Positions 1 to 9,330 are shown, numbered from the stretch's first letter. The stretch: 32,000 nt of DNA from Sulfolobus acidocaldarius DSM 639 (GCF_000012285.1 NC_007181.1:120001-152000), one strand, 5' to 3'. The notes: generated from the letters alone by a model not told the origin. Translations and numbers: made by a program.

Positions 1-415
1 ATTCTAGGGCGTCTGCTGGATGGTGAACATAAAACACTCTCTCATTGCCTTCAGTCTCTACTTTTTTAGGCTTAGCTCCTGTACTTAAGAGTAAGTAATC
101 ATACTCTCTCTTTATTTTTTCTTTATTGGCAGTTTCTCCATAAATAGTTCTTCCTGAGAAGTCAATTTCAGTTATTCTTATACCTGTTTTAACGTCTATT
201 TTCCTCTTTTCTTTGAAGAACTCAGGCGTGTATGTCATGAATAAACTTTCATCATCAAAAAGTCCCTCGATAAAATAAGGTATTCCACAGGGCGCATGGC
301 TTACGAATTTCGTTGACTCGAATACCTCAATATCCATCTCTGGTTTTAGTCTTCTAACTTTAGAAGATGCACTCATTCCTGCTGCTCCACCACCTACTAC
401 AACTAACTTCTCCAT
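1..415 (-). CDS. Pyridine nucleotide-disulfide oxidoreductase (NADH oxidase / CoA-disulfide reductase family), N-terminal part; the gene runs off the window start
   Basis: Minus-strand translation from the ATG at 413-415 reads MEKLVVVGGGAAGMSASSKVRRLKPEMDIEVFESTKFVSHAPCGIPYFIEG... It has a GxGxxG dinucleotide-binding fold followed by a single redox-Cys motif (SHAPCG) typical of the Nox/CoADR family. The frame stays open to position 1. It is absent from the ORF track because there is no stop in the window. Confidence 0.8.
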   Translation of the reverse strand, partial: MEKLVVVGGGAAGMSASSKVRRLKPEMDIEVFESTKFVSHAPCGIPYFIEGLFDDESLFMTYTPEFFKEKRKIDVKTGIRITEIDFSGRTIYGETANKEKIKREYDYLLLSTGAKPKKVETEGNERVFYVHHPADALE

Positions 416-742
416 TACAGTCACCTTATTTTTAATATTTCTAAATCAAAGTTAATAAACTATACATACGTAGATTTTTGGATATATTAATATTTAACTA
501 CTTATATAATAACTAATAATTAACTTTTATGTTAATTATGAAGATTACGTTTCGTGTATGTTCTTTTCTGACGCAATAAATAGATCAGTAACACCATCCA
601 TGAGACCCATCTTATAATATGAGGAAAGCCTCGCCATTTAAGGTGAGGAGGAAGCCAGATTCCTAGGAAGAAATTTATAATTTTCAGCAGTAGCCATCTT
701 TAACACTTGCCTTTTCATCTAATTTATGCAATAGGTAACTCA

Positions 743-754
743 TTTATAGTAAAT
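743..754 (+). promoter_or_regulatory. TATA-box-like element (tttatagtaaat) centred about 26 nt upstream of the ATG at 774
   Basis: An A/T hexamer-rich box sits at the canonical Sulfolobales distance for a leaderless transcript. No comparable box lies in front of the PGI/PMI start at 1201, which suggests 774-3533 is one transcription unit. Confidence 0.45.
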
Positions 755-773
755 TTACCAAGAGATACTTGTT

Positions 774-1208
774 ATGGAGAAAACAGGTTTTGAAAATTTA
801 ACGAAGAAATTGGATGAGATAAGCGAGGCAGGTCTTAGTTTTAATGAAGCTGAGTTAATAAGATTCCTTAGATCTGAGGTTAAGAAGCAGAAGGGTTTGT
901 TAGATTCCTTTAACGAGGCATTAGATTCCCAGAGATGGGAAGAAGCTCTATCGTCGTTTTTGTTGTTTACGCAGAGAGTTAATGTGGTATTCATTTATCT
1001 GTTTCAGCCTACCCACATCTCGTTATTAACAGGAAGTAAAATATCCTCATTACTTGAGGAGTATCTCTCAGCAACATCACTTTCAATATCTATGTCCCTT
1101 CTGAAATTAAGACCACATCTCAAGAAAATTGGAGTTGAAAGCATAACGACCTCAATTTTGTCAAACCCACCATCTCTTAACTTCAGTATGGTGATAAAGG
1201 GTGAGTAA
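774..1208 (+). CDS. Hypothetical protein; only the N-terminal ~70 aa look like genuine coding sequence
   Basis: The ORF has its own TATA box and its stop overlaps the GTG start of the next gene by 8 nt (a coupling signature). The second half is Ser/Leu-rich and pyrimidine-rich, like an antisense frame, and is overlapped by minus ORF 1004-1246. See the finding on this locus. Confidence 0.4.
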   Translation: MEKTGFENLTKKLDEISEAGLSFNEAELIRFLRSEVKKQKGLLDSFNEALDSQRWEEALSSFLLFTQRVNVVFIYLFQPTHISLLTGSKISSLLEEYLSATSLSISMSLLKLRPHLKKIGVESITTSILSNPPSLNFSMVIKGE

Positions 1209-2121
1209 TGTTTACGAGAGGTGGAAAGAGTTTTATGAAGACGCAATTTCCCGTGATATACCCGGCGTTAAAACCGCTGAAAAAATAGCTTATTTTGGTA
1301 TTGGCGGAAGCGGAATACCAGGTGAAGTCCTAAAACTCCTAGACTTACCTGTGGAGTATAAGCTGTTCAGGAGTTACAAGGTAAACGTTGATTCAAAAAC
1401 TACAGTTGTAGCGGTAAGTTATTCTGGTAACACTGCAGAGACACTTGCTGGGGTAAAGAGGGCTCAAGAATTAGGTGTAAAGGAGATAATAGTCATTACC
1501 TCTGGAGGTAAACTTAAGGAGATAGCTGAAAGTAAAGGATATCCTTTATTAAGCTTACCCCAAGGCTATCAGACACGATTTATTTTTCCGTATATTTTCA
1601 CATATCTTGTTAGAATCCTTAACCAGAGTACAGGATCTAACTATAGAGTACAAGATTTAGTTGATGGAATACAGGACAATTTCACCATGTTGTCAGAGGT
1701 AAGTACACGAATAGCCAATAGGATCACTGGAAAGGTTCCTATATTTTATGCTTCAGATTTACTCCCTATTGCTGAAAGATTTAAACAGGAAGTAAATGAG
1801 AATGCTAAGTATCCAGCCTTTTTCTCTCAGTTACCTGAGGCTAACCATAACGAGATAGAACTTTACTCGTCACAACAGGGAAATCAGTTTATACCAATTG
1901 TTATTCCCTCTGATAAGATAGACGAGGCTACAGCTTCTCTAATAAATGCAGAGTTAATTTATCCACCTTATAAGAGTATACTGAAGAACATATCCGGCAT
2001 GTTTCTGATTGCAGGACTAGCTTCAGTGAAGTTAGCTTCTCAATTGAATATAAAAGCAGAAGAGCTAAGGATAATACCTAAAATAAGAGAAAGGACACAC
2101 AATTTACTTATGGGTGGTTAG
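1201..2121 (+). CDS. Bifunctional phosphoglucose/phosphomannose isomerase (archaeal PGI/PMI, SIS-domain family)
   Basis: 306 aa with a GTG start. It has the SIS-domain signature ([11 protein letters not shown] ... [11 protein letters not shown]) and the size and layout of the crenarchaeal PGI/PMI family. Confidence 0.8.
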   Translation: MSNVYERWKEFYEDAISRDIPGVKTAEKIAYFGIGGSGIPGEVLKLLDLPVEYKLFRSYKVNVDSKTTVVAVSYSGNTAETLAGVKRAQELGVKEIIVITSGGKLKEIAESKGYPLLSLPQGYQTRFIFPYIFTYLVRILNQSTGSNYRVQDLVDGIQDNFTMLSEVSTRIANRITGKVPIFYASDLLPIAERFKQEVNENAKYPAFFSQLPEANHNEIELYSSQQGNQFIPIVIPSDKIDEATASLINAELIYPPYKSILKNISGMFLIAGLASVKLASQLNIKAEELRIIPKIRERTHNLLMGG

Positions 2122-2123
2122 TC

Positions 2124-3533
2124 TTGAATCCTCTGAGGCTTTACAACACTCTGGGTAGAAGAATAGAGACTTTTGAATCATTTGATCCATTAACGGTAAA
2201 AATGTATGTCTGTGGTCCTACGGTTTATGACTACGTTCATATAGGTCATGGTAGAGCATTTGTGGGTTTTGATGGTATAGTGAGATACCTTAAGTTGAGG
2301 GGCTTCAACGTAATAAGAGTTCAAAACATTACCGATATAGACGATAAAATAATTAAAAGAGCCAATGAGACAGGCAAAGATTGGAGAGAAATAGTAGATT
2401 ATTACACAAAGGACTACATGGAATCACTTAAAGCTTTGAAGGTAGAAATAGATCAACATCCTAGAGTAACCAGTCACATCCAGGAAATAATTGATTTTGT
2501 TCAAAAACTAGTAGATAAAGGTCATGCTTACATAACTTCTAGTGGAAGTGTCTACTTTGATGTGGATTCCTTCCCTAGTTATGGGTTATTATCAGGGAGT
2601 AAAAAAGAGGAGTGGAATCAGGGAGAAGAAATAGTTAAGGAGAAGAAAAATCCCTATGATTTTGCTTTATGGAAGGCATGGAAGCCCGGAGAGCCCTATT
2701 GGGAATCGCCATGGGGTAAGGGTAGACCAGGCTGGCATATCGAATGCTCTACAATGTCAACTAGATATCTCGGTGAGCAGTTTGATATACACGGTGGAGG
2801 TGTGGATCTAGTCTTTCCCCACCACGAGAATGAAAGGGCACAGAGTGAGTCTCTATTAGGTAAGATATGGGTTAAATACTGGGTTCATGTAGCTTATCTC
2901 ACAATAAACAAGGAGAAGATGAGTAAGTCGCTTGGAAATATAATACCACTGAATGAAGCGTTAAAGAAATGGGGTCCCAGCGTTTTAAGGTTCTGGTACC
3001 TGTCTACTAAATATAGAAATTCCATAGACTATAGTGAGCAAACCTTAGAGCAGGCTAGATCATCCCTTCAGAGACTCAAGGACGCAATGGGTATAATAAG
3101 GAGTGTAATTAAAGAAGAGCCTAAAAGTCACTCCAATGAAGAGGAAATAAGTACACAGAGAGAAATAATTAGTCTAATCGGGAAGTTTCATGAGGCCATG
3201 AGTAACGATTTTGATACTGCTACTGCTCTTTCAAATATATATGAAATTGCTAACCTAGTTTTCACAAAAATCCAATACACTAGGGATTTCATGGGGGCAA
3301 TGTTAGCTTTTGACGCATTTAGACAATTTAACTATGTCTTTGGGGTTATGGACGAGGAGTTTAGCCCTAGCTATGAAACTATGTACAAGGTTATAGATTC
3401 AGTTGTTGAAATAAGAAATATACTAAGAGCTAGGAAGATGTATGATCTAAGTGATGAAATAAGATCTGTTCTAGCTAATGCAGGGATTAAGATTTTAGAT
3501 GGAAAAGAAAAATCTACTTGGAGGTTTGAGTGA
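2124..3533 (+). CDS. cysS: Cysteine--tRNA ligase
   Basis: Class I aaRS motifs are present: HIGH (HIGHGRAF) and KMSKS (KMSKSLGN), plus the CysRS-typical N-terminus ([12 protein letters not shown]) and WHIECS. TTG start. Confidence 0.95.
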
Positions 3534-3954
3534 CACTTTTTTCAACTATAAATAAGGGAGTTTTTTCTCCGTTAAAGTATCTCTCTAGCATCTCTATAGT
3601 GGTAGGGCTAACGTTCTCACGACGGAGTTCATCAAGCCCTAGGAAATCTGCACTTGTGGCATCACTTCCTGGATTCAATTCCCCGTTTAAAACTTTGCAT
3701 ATAAAGTCGAAAATTACGTAGTGATATCCCTCTTTTATTATTTCCACCACTGCTAGCAACTCAATAGGTTCCACGTCTAGGGCAGTTTCCTCCTTCATTT
3801 CTCTTTTTACAGCATCTACTAGAGTTTCACCGTATTCTACTTTGCCTCCTGGTATAGCCCAATTTCCCTTATTGGGTGGGTTTCTCCTTTTAACTAACAG
3901 AACCTTATTGCCTTTGAGTATTACTCCTCCTACTGCAACTAAAGGTCGTTCCAT
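3514..3954 (-). CDS. NUDIX hydrolase (MutT family)
   Basis: A Nudix box is present: [24 protein letters not shown] (GX5EX7REUXEEXGU). 146 aa. Convergent with cysS, with a 20-nt 3' overlap. Confidence 0.85.
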
Positions 3955-4005
3955 AATAAAATTAACATAGGATAAAAGTTAATATATAGTAGTTAATGTA
4001 GCTTA

Positions 4006-5265
4006 TTGATGCGAGTATTTTCATTAGCCCTAATCGTACTATTGATCCCAATGTTAGTAACTACAGGTTTTGCTATTAATTATAACAGTTATTCGACTCA
4101 AAAGATAAGTCAACTCACAATTTATTCTCAGCTACAATATGACCTCAAACAAGTTTCAGGTAATAAAACTAATTTGTACTCAGTTAACTATAAGGTAAAT
4201 GGTTATCAAGGTGCAACTGTTAATGTCAGTGTTGTTGTAAATAAGCTAAACATAACAAAGCCAAATAATGCAACACTACCAATATCTTCGGGTAATTACA
4301 CTGTAAACCTACTTGATGAGCTATTAAGCCTCCATTATCCTTATTTCTTACCTTACCTAATGTTTAATCAGACATACGGGATATATCTTAAAGATGCTAC
4401 TTATGTAGTATACTTCGCCGGAAACTCCACATTTAAGTTAATGAACCAGAATATATCTGCATATAAATTCTACCTACTATCAAATGCTTCCTCTAGAGCT
4501 ACGCAATATATTGTATTACCTAATGGTATATTAGCAAATGCAACGTTTGCTGGTGCTAATTATACTTATGTGTTCACATTAAAGAACTATACTGATCCCA
4601 TAATACTGAATATTAATTCAACGGATCTCGGTAATGGTGTTTCAAAACCGTATCTATACGTGTATAGTATATACAATCAGGCTTATCAGACTCTTACACC
4701 TGACGCATATCTTGAGGTTTATTATCCCTTCCAGATAGGTGGCTATGTGGCTGAACTATACTATTTACTTTATCCACAATCAGGAAGTGCTCTTGTTCAA
4801 AATGTGCTTTTAGGTAACAATGTTAATTTCCAGGTATATTTTAAGCCTTATAACCAAGACATAATTACATTCTTACCTAGTGTTGGAAGTAACCAAATTA
4901 CGTGGAGTGGAGAAAAAGTTACTCTAGTGAACACCACCGACCTAAAACTTGTCAATGGAAGCGTTGTTAAAGCATACCTATACAAGTACAGTGATAATTT
5001 CTCCACTGTTTACGTTTACTTCTCCATGAATGGTGTTTTATTACAACAAATGAATTACTCTTACACGTATAAGACTTATATAAACGAATTGAGTTTCTTA
5101 GGTAATAACTACTATCCCTTGAACACTACATTACCTACTTTAACTAAGCCAAGTTATACTACATTACCCTATCAGGCTGTAGACTTTAACACTTTCCTGA
5201 TTGGAACTATAATTTTCACTGTAGTTTTATCGATATTAATCATAGTTTTTAGACAAAAAACATGA
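4006..5265 (+). CDS. Secreted or surface-anchored glycoprotein, function unknown (N-terminal signal/TM, C-terminal TM anchor, many N-x-S/T sequons)
   Basis: It has a hydrophobic N-terminus (VFSLALIVLLIPMLVTTGF), a C-terminal TM (FLIGTIIFTVVLSILIIVF) followed by basic residues, and about 20 N-x-S/T sequons. The Tyr/Asn/Thr-rich composition is typical of Sulfolobales extracellular proteins. The track start at 4006 is TTG; the ATG at 4009 is the more likely start. Confidence 0.7.
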   Translation: MMRVFSLALIVLLIPMLVTTGFAINYNSYSTQKISQLTIYSQLQYDLKQVSGNKTNLYSVNYKVNGYQGATVNVSVVVNKLNITKPNNATLPISSGNYTVNLLDELLSLHYPYFLPYLMFNQTYGIYLKDATYVVYFAGNSTFKLMNQNISAYKFYLLSNASSRATQYIVLPNGILANATFAGANYTYVFTLKNYTDPIILNINSTDLGNGVSKPYLYVYSIYNQAYQTLTPDAYLEVYYPFQIGGYVAELYYLLYPQSGSALVQNVLLGNNVNFQVYFKPYNQDIITFLPSVGSNQITWSGEKVTLVNTTDLKLVNGSVVKAYLYKYSDNFSTVYVYFSMNGVLLQQMNYSYTYKTYINELSFLGNNYYPLNTTLPTLTKPSYTTLPYQAVDFNTFLIGTIIFTVVLSILIIVFRQKT

Positions 5266-5385
5266 TTTTTCTTTGATTATATTGTCATTAGGCAATTTGA
5301 TTTATCACTAGTTTTTACTACTGATTTTAGCACAAATTATAGCTAAATTAAAATTGTTTAGAGAGAAGAATTACTTGGATAAAAT

Positions 5386-6657
5386 ATGAATTCTTCTGCG
5401 GTAGAGGAAACTTTATCCTCTAATTTATATGTGCAACAGGTAAAGAAACTGTATAATGTTGGTAAAATTTTAGGTTTAAATGAAGATGTTTTAGATACTC
5501 TAGCTCAACCTGAAAGAGTTATTCAGGTTAAGATTGAAATAAAAGGTAAGGACGGTCAAGTAAGAACTTTTATGGGTTGGAGATCTCAGCATAACAGTGC
5601 CCTTGGTCCCTATAAGGGCGGTGTAAGGTATCATCCAAATGTTACTCAGGACGAGGTAGTTGCTTTATCTATGATGATGACTTGGAAGAATGCTCTGCTT
5701 TTGTTACCCTATGGAGGAGGAAAAGGAGGTATAAGAGTGGATCCATCAAAACTAACGCAAGATGAGCTAGAGCAACTATCACGAAGATATGTGGGTGCTT
5801 TGTACAAATACATAGGTAGTGATATTGATATTCCCGCACCTGATGTTAATACAAACCCTCAAACAATGGCTTGGTATGTAGATGAATACATTAAGATTAC
5901 AGGAAGAGCGGATTATGCAGCATTTACAGGAAAACCCATCGAATTAGGAGGCTTACCCGCAAGAATTTACAGTACAGGTCTGGGTGTAGCTACAACAGCC
6001 AGACTCGCAGCTGAGAAAGTATTAGGTGGCATAGAGGGAGCTAGAGTACTAATTCAGGGCTTTGGTAACGTAGGTAGTTTCACTGCAAAGTTCTTAGAGG
6101 AAATGGGTGCTAAAATCGTTGGTATAAGCGACATAAAGGGAGGAGTGATAAACTACAACGGAATAGATGTAAAGAAAGCGCTAGAGGTTAAGGATAACAC
6201 AGGAAGCGTATTTAATTATCCAGATGGTAAGAAAGTCACAAATGAGGAGTTCTTAGTAAGTGACTGTGATATCCTCATTCCAGCTGCTATAGAGAATGTA
6301 ATTCACAAGTTTAATGCTCCAAAAGTAAAGGCAAAGTTGATAGTTGAAGGTGCAAATGGTCCGTTAACAGCTGACGCTGATGTAGTAATGAAGGACAGGG
6401 GAATCATGGTAGTCCCTGATATTTTAGCTAATGCAGGAGGCGTAGTTGGAAGCTATGTTGAATGGGCTAATAACAAAATGGGAGAGATAATGGATGAAGA
6501 AGAGGCAAGAAAACTAATAGTTAGCAGAATGGAGAGAGCTTTTGATTACGTATACACCAAATATAATAAGTTAGGAGATCAGGATATGAGAACTGCTGCG
6601 ATGGCAATGGCAATAGAGAGAGTAGTAAATGCAATGAAAGTTAGAGGAAAATTATGA
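5386..6657 (+). CDS. gdhA: Glutamate dehydrogenase (NAD(P)+)
   Basis: It has the GDH catalytic-Lys motif ([10 protein letters not shown]), a GFGNVG dinucleotide fold, and full-length (423 aa) family-typical sequence. Confidence 0.95.
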   Translation: MNSSAVEETLSSNLYVQQVKKLYNVGKILGLNEDVLDTLAQPERVIQVKIEIKGKDGQVRTFMGWRSQHNSALGPYKGGVRYHPNVTQDEVVALSMMMTWKNALLLLPYGGGKGGIRVDPSKLTQDELEQLSRRYVGALYKYIGSDIDIPAPDVNTNPQTMAWYVDEYIKITGRADYAAFTGKPIELGGLPARIYSTGLGVATTARLAAEKVLGGIEGARVLIQGFGNVGSFTAKFLEEMGAKIVGISDIKGGVINYNGIDVKKALEVKDNTGSVFNYPDGKKVTNEEFLVSDCDILIPAAIENVIHKFNAPKVKAKLIVEGANGPLTADADVVMKDRGIMVVPDILANAGGVVGSYVEWANNKMGEIMDEEEARKLIVSRMERAFDYVYTKYNKLGDQDMRTAAMAMAIERVVNAMKVRGKL

Positions 6658-6939
6658 TCAGACTACATAACTTAAAACTACAAATGCAATGATAAGTACA
6701 ACCATTATAACACCTATTATTAATGCCATTTTCGCCATATCCTTATTACTTCCGAATACGATAGGAATTGGACCTATAAAAATAACTCCACCATATTCTG
6801 TTTTTGTCTCCTCTCTCTGATTCTCATTCCTCTCTTTTTTAGAACTCTTTATTATTCCACTAACAATTCCTACAATAACGAGTACTAAACCTACGAATAT
6901 TATTGTTAATCCTATAGCAGAGAGGATATCAGTGCTCAT
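6658..6939 (-). CDS. Small two-TM membrane protein resembling the archaeal DUF131 / TIGR00304 family
   Basis: 93 aa with two hydrophobic helices flanking a charged loop. The motif GGVIFIGPIPIVFGS is, as I recall, characteristic of DUF131. Its start lies 4 nt downstream of the stop of the ATPase gene at 6944-8431. Confidence 0.7.
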   Translation of the reverse strand: MSTDILSAIGLTIIFVGLVLVIVGIVSGIIKSSKKERNENQREETKTEYGGVIFIGPIPIVFGSNKDMAKMALIIGVIMVVLIIAFVVLSYVV

Positions 6940-6943
6940 ATTA

Positions 6944-8431
6944 TTATATAGTTTCTTCGAAAGATTTAATTTTATTTGCCAAAATCTCCATCTCTTTAGG
7001 CATTTCAGCCCCGTCTTCAGTTGTCACTAGTTCTCCTATACTTCCCCTGAACTTATCATAATCAATACCTCTCTTTTTGAACACATTCACTAACCATCTG
7101 TATGTTTCCTCTTTCGTTAAATCCCTTAACTCTTTCTCATCAGGATATATTCCAAAGTTCTTAATGACTTCTATTAATTTTGCCTTGGTATAGTAGTTTT
7201 CAACTTCCCTGTTTAGAGGGACACAGAATTCCCTAAGGTGATTATCAATTTTCTCACATAATCCTAAGAATATTACATTTAAGTCCAATGCGTTCTTTAA
7301 TGAGAGCCATAATTGCAACTCAATATCGTTAGATGCTTTAAATATAGTAATTCCAAGTTCCTGTCTATTTAATCCAATCTTCTTTAACCAGTTTTCTATA
7401 ACAGGAGGTTCAACTAGATCACTTGCCAATATTATTATTCTATTAAATAATACGTCACTTATGTTAGCCTTTAGCAGCCCAAGAACTTTCTTTAATCTCT
7501 CTTCGGGTCTAACTGAAATAGCTGAGGAGACTCCATTTTTCTTTCTCATTATAACATAACTGTCAACTGAAGAGCTAACAATATACGGAGAATGCGTTGT
7601 AACGAACACCTGAAATACATCGTTATTAGTCCACTCCTTAATCAATCTCATGATTTTTGACTGCAGAGTGGGGTACATATTCACCTCAGGCTCTTCCAGT
7701 AAAAGAACTTTGCTACCACTTAACCATAGAATAAATAACATTAAGATTACTCTTTGAAACCCACTGGCAGCTAGGTCAATATATATTGGTAAGTTCTGTA
7801 TGTTTAATACTAGTTTTCCTCCGTCCCAGAACTCTAAACCTTTAATCTCCGGTATAGTGTTGCTGACGAGGTTTACAAAATCATACCATTTCCTCTTCAT
7901 ATTTATAGGGCTTCTATTCATGTCTATCATTCTCTTCATAGTAGAGTCAAAGTAATATTGATCGAATATTGGCACATACTCTACAGCCTGAGATGCAAAG
8001 GAAAATAATTGTTTAACAATTTCTAAATCATCTTTTGTAGGTGTTCCACCATTTATACTCAGAGATTCTAGTGACCACTCAATGAACTTATTATTGTATT
8101 GTAGTGTATTTACTACTTCAACCCTGATTTTTCCGTTTCTACCCGTGTTCCTAAAAACCTCTTGTTCATTAAATTCTATTACACCGCCGATTTTAATTAG
8201 TTTTGAAACATCGTAATCTCTCCACAGAAGCATGTATTCTCCATTCCTATCTTCAATGTTTCTCTTTTCTAGTCCTGCCCCTAAATTCTTTATAAATAGA
8301 TATATGGCGGTGAGGAGGTTCGTCTTTCCGTAGCCATTATAACCAACTATTATATTTAGACCTCCTAGACCTGTTAATTTGACTGAGGATATGCTTCTGA
8401 AGTTATTCACGTAAAACTCAATAAGCTTCAT
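6944..8431 (-). CDS. ABC/SMC-type (AAA15/OLD-like) ATPase with a Toprim-like but apparently degenerate C-terminal region
   Basis: Motifs present: Walker A GYNGYGKTN; a signature-like ASGFQRV; Walker B VLLLEEPE; an H-loop TTHSP. The C-terminal ~170 aa (RIIILASDLVEPPVIENWLKKIG...ITIFKASND...NVIFLGLCEKID) follows the strand/helix pattern of the OLD-family Toprim, but the expected E, GG and DxD positions look substituted. Confidence 0.75.
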   Translation of the reverse strand: MKLIEFYVNNFRSISSVKLTGLGGLNIIVGYNGYGKTNLLTAIYLFIKNLGAGLEKRNIEDRNGEYMLLWRDYDVSKLIKIGGVIEFNEQEVFRNTGRNGKIRVEVVNTLQYNNKFIEWSLESLSINGGTPTKDDLEIVKQLFSFASQAVEYVPIFDQYYFDSTMKRMIDMNRSPINMKRKWYDFVNLVSNTIPEIKGLEFWDGGKLVLNIQNLPIYIDLAASGFQRVILMLFILWLSGSKVLLLEEPEVNMYPTLQSKIMRLIKEWTNNDVFQVFVTTHSPYIVSSSVDSYVIMRKKNGVSSAISVRPEERLKKVLGLLKANISDVLFNRIIILASDLVEPPVIENWLKKIGLNRQELGITIFKASNDIELQLWLSLKNALDLNVIFLGLCEKIDNHLREFCVPLNREVENYYTKAKLIEVIKNFGIYPDEKELRDLTKEETYRWLVNVFKKRGIDYDKFRGSIGELVTTEDGAEMPKEMEILANKIKSFEETI

Positions 8432-8541
8432 ACTACACTCTCAATCATAATTAAGACTATCAGAGATATAATTGTTAAGTAGTACAAAGAAAGAAGTTTC
8501 TCTTCATAAGAAAAAAGGGGGTATTATTAGCCTTAATGATT

Positions 8542-9330
8542 TTAAAGCGTAGCTCTAATAGCTCCACCATCAACTGGTATTAAAACACCATTTACATAAG
8601 TTGCTAGACTTGAAGCCAGAAATATTATAACATTAGCAACTTCCTCCGGGGTTCCAAATCTCCTGAGTGGAATATCTCTTGTCACTTCATCAATAACCTG
8701 CTCCTCAGTCTTATTCTCGTTCTTTGCCCTATTCTTAACAACTTCTTTTAACCTATCTGTTAACGTCCAACCCTGCATTATTCCGTTCACTAAAATACCT
8801 TTAGGTCCTAGTTCCCTTGAGGCTACTTTTATTAGACCTGCCAAGGACAGTCTTACCACATTAGATAAATCCAGATTATCCATTGGTTGTTTTAAGGTGA
8901 ATGAGGTAGCTAATATAATTCTTCCATCCTTTTCCATTCTTTTACCTGCTTCTCTTACTGCAACTACTGCACTCATTAACAGTAAGTTAAATGCATTTCT
9001 CCAATCCTCATCTGTTAAAGTCATTAGATCTCCTGGCTTTGGACTACCAGTATTATATACGAATATATCTAGTCCGTTTAGCATCTTATAGCCTTCATCT
9101 ATGAGCTTTGCAACATCATCAGCCTTGGTTAAATCTGCCGTAACATAATGAACCTTACCAATAGTCTTTAATTTTTCATATGCTAAAATGAGGTTCTTTT
9201 CATCATGTGAAGATATGATTACCTCTGCACCCTCTTCAACAAACCTCTTTGCTGTAGCGAACCCTATTCCCTTGCTAGAGGCTGTTACAATTACTTTTTT
9301 ACCTTTTATTCCTAGATCTATCTTCTCCAC
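8542..9330 (-). CDS. Short-chain dehydrogenase/reductase family protein (atypical: no obvious YxxxK)
   Basis: It has a Rossmann motif (TASSKGIG), an NTG motif and a C-terminal PVDGG. By eye alignment to FabG, the region where YxxxK is expected reads SNVVRLSLAGLIK. Confidence 0.85.
   Translation of the reverse strand: MEKIDLGIKGKKVIVTASSKGIGFATAKRFVEEGAEVIISSHDEKNLILAYEKLKTIGKVHYVTADLTKADDVAKLIDEGYKMLNGLDIFVYNTGSPKPGDLMTLTDEDWRNAFNLLLMSAVVAVREAGKRMEKDGRIILATSFTLKQPMDNLDLSNVVRLSLAGLIKVASRELGPKGILVNGIMQGWTLTDRLKEVVKNRAKNENKTEEQVIDEVTRDIPLRRFGTPEEVANVIIFLASSLATYVNGVLIPVDGGAIRATL

Noticed and set aside
536-575. A C-box-like AUGAAGA followed 23 nt later by CUGA on the plus strand
   Set aside because: It is too short for a dual-guide sRNA, no C'/D' pair is present, and the C box is imperfect.
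6650-6720. AUGAUCA at the gdhA stop as a possible C box
   Set aside because: There is no D or D' CUGA at the required spacing, and the region is the 3' end of the convergent membrane-protein gene.
8460-8507. Possible third C/D-box sRNA on the minus strand: AUGAAGA-12 nt-...-CUGA with a total length close to the canonical 49 nt
   Set aside because: The internal D' (UUUG) and C' (UACUUAA) positions are not box-like. The same nucleotides are needed as TATA/promoter for the ATPase gene at 8431. It is probably chance.
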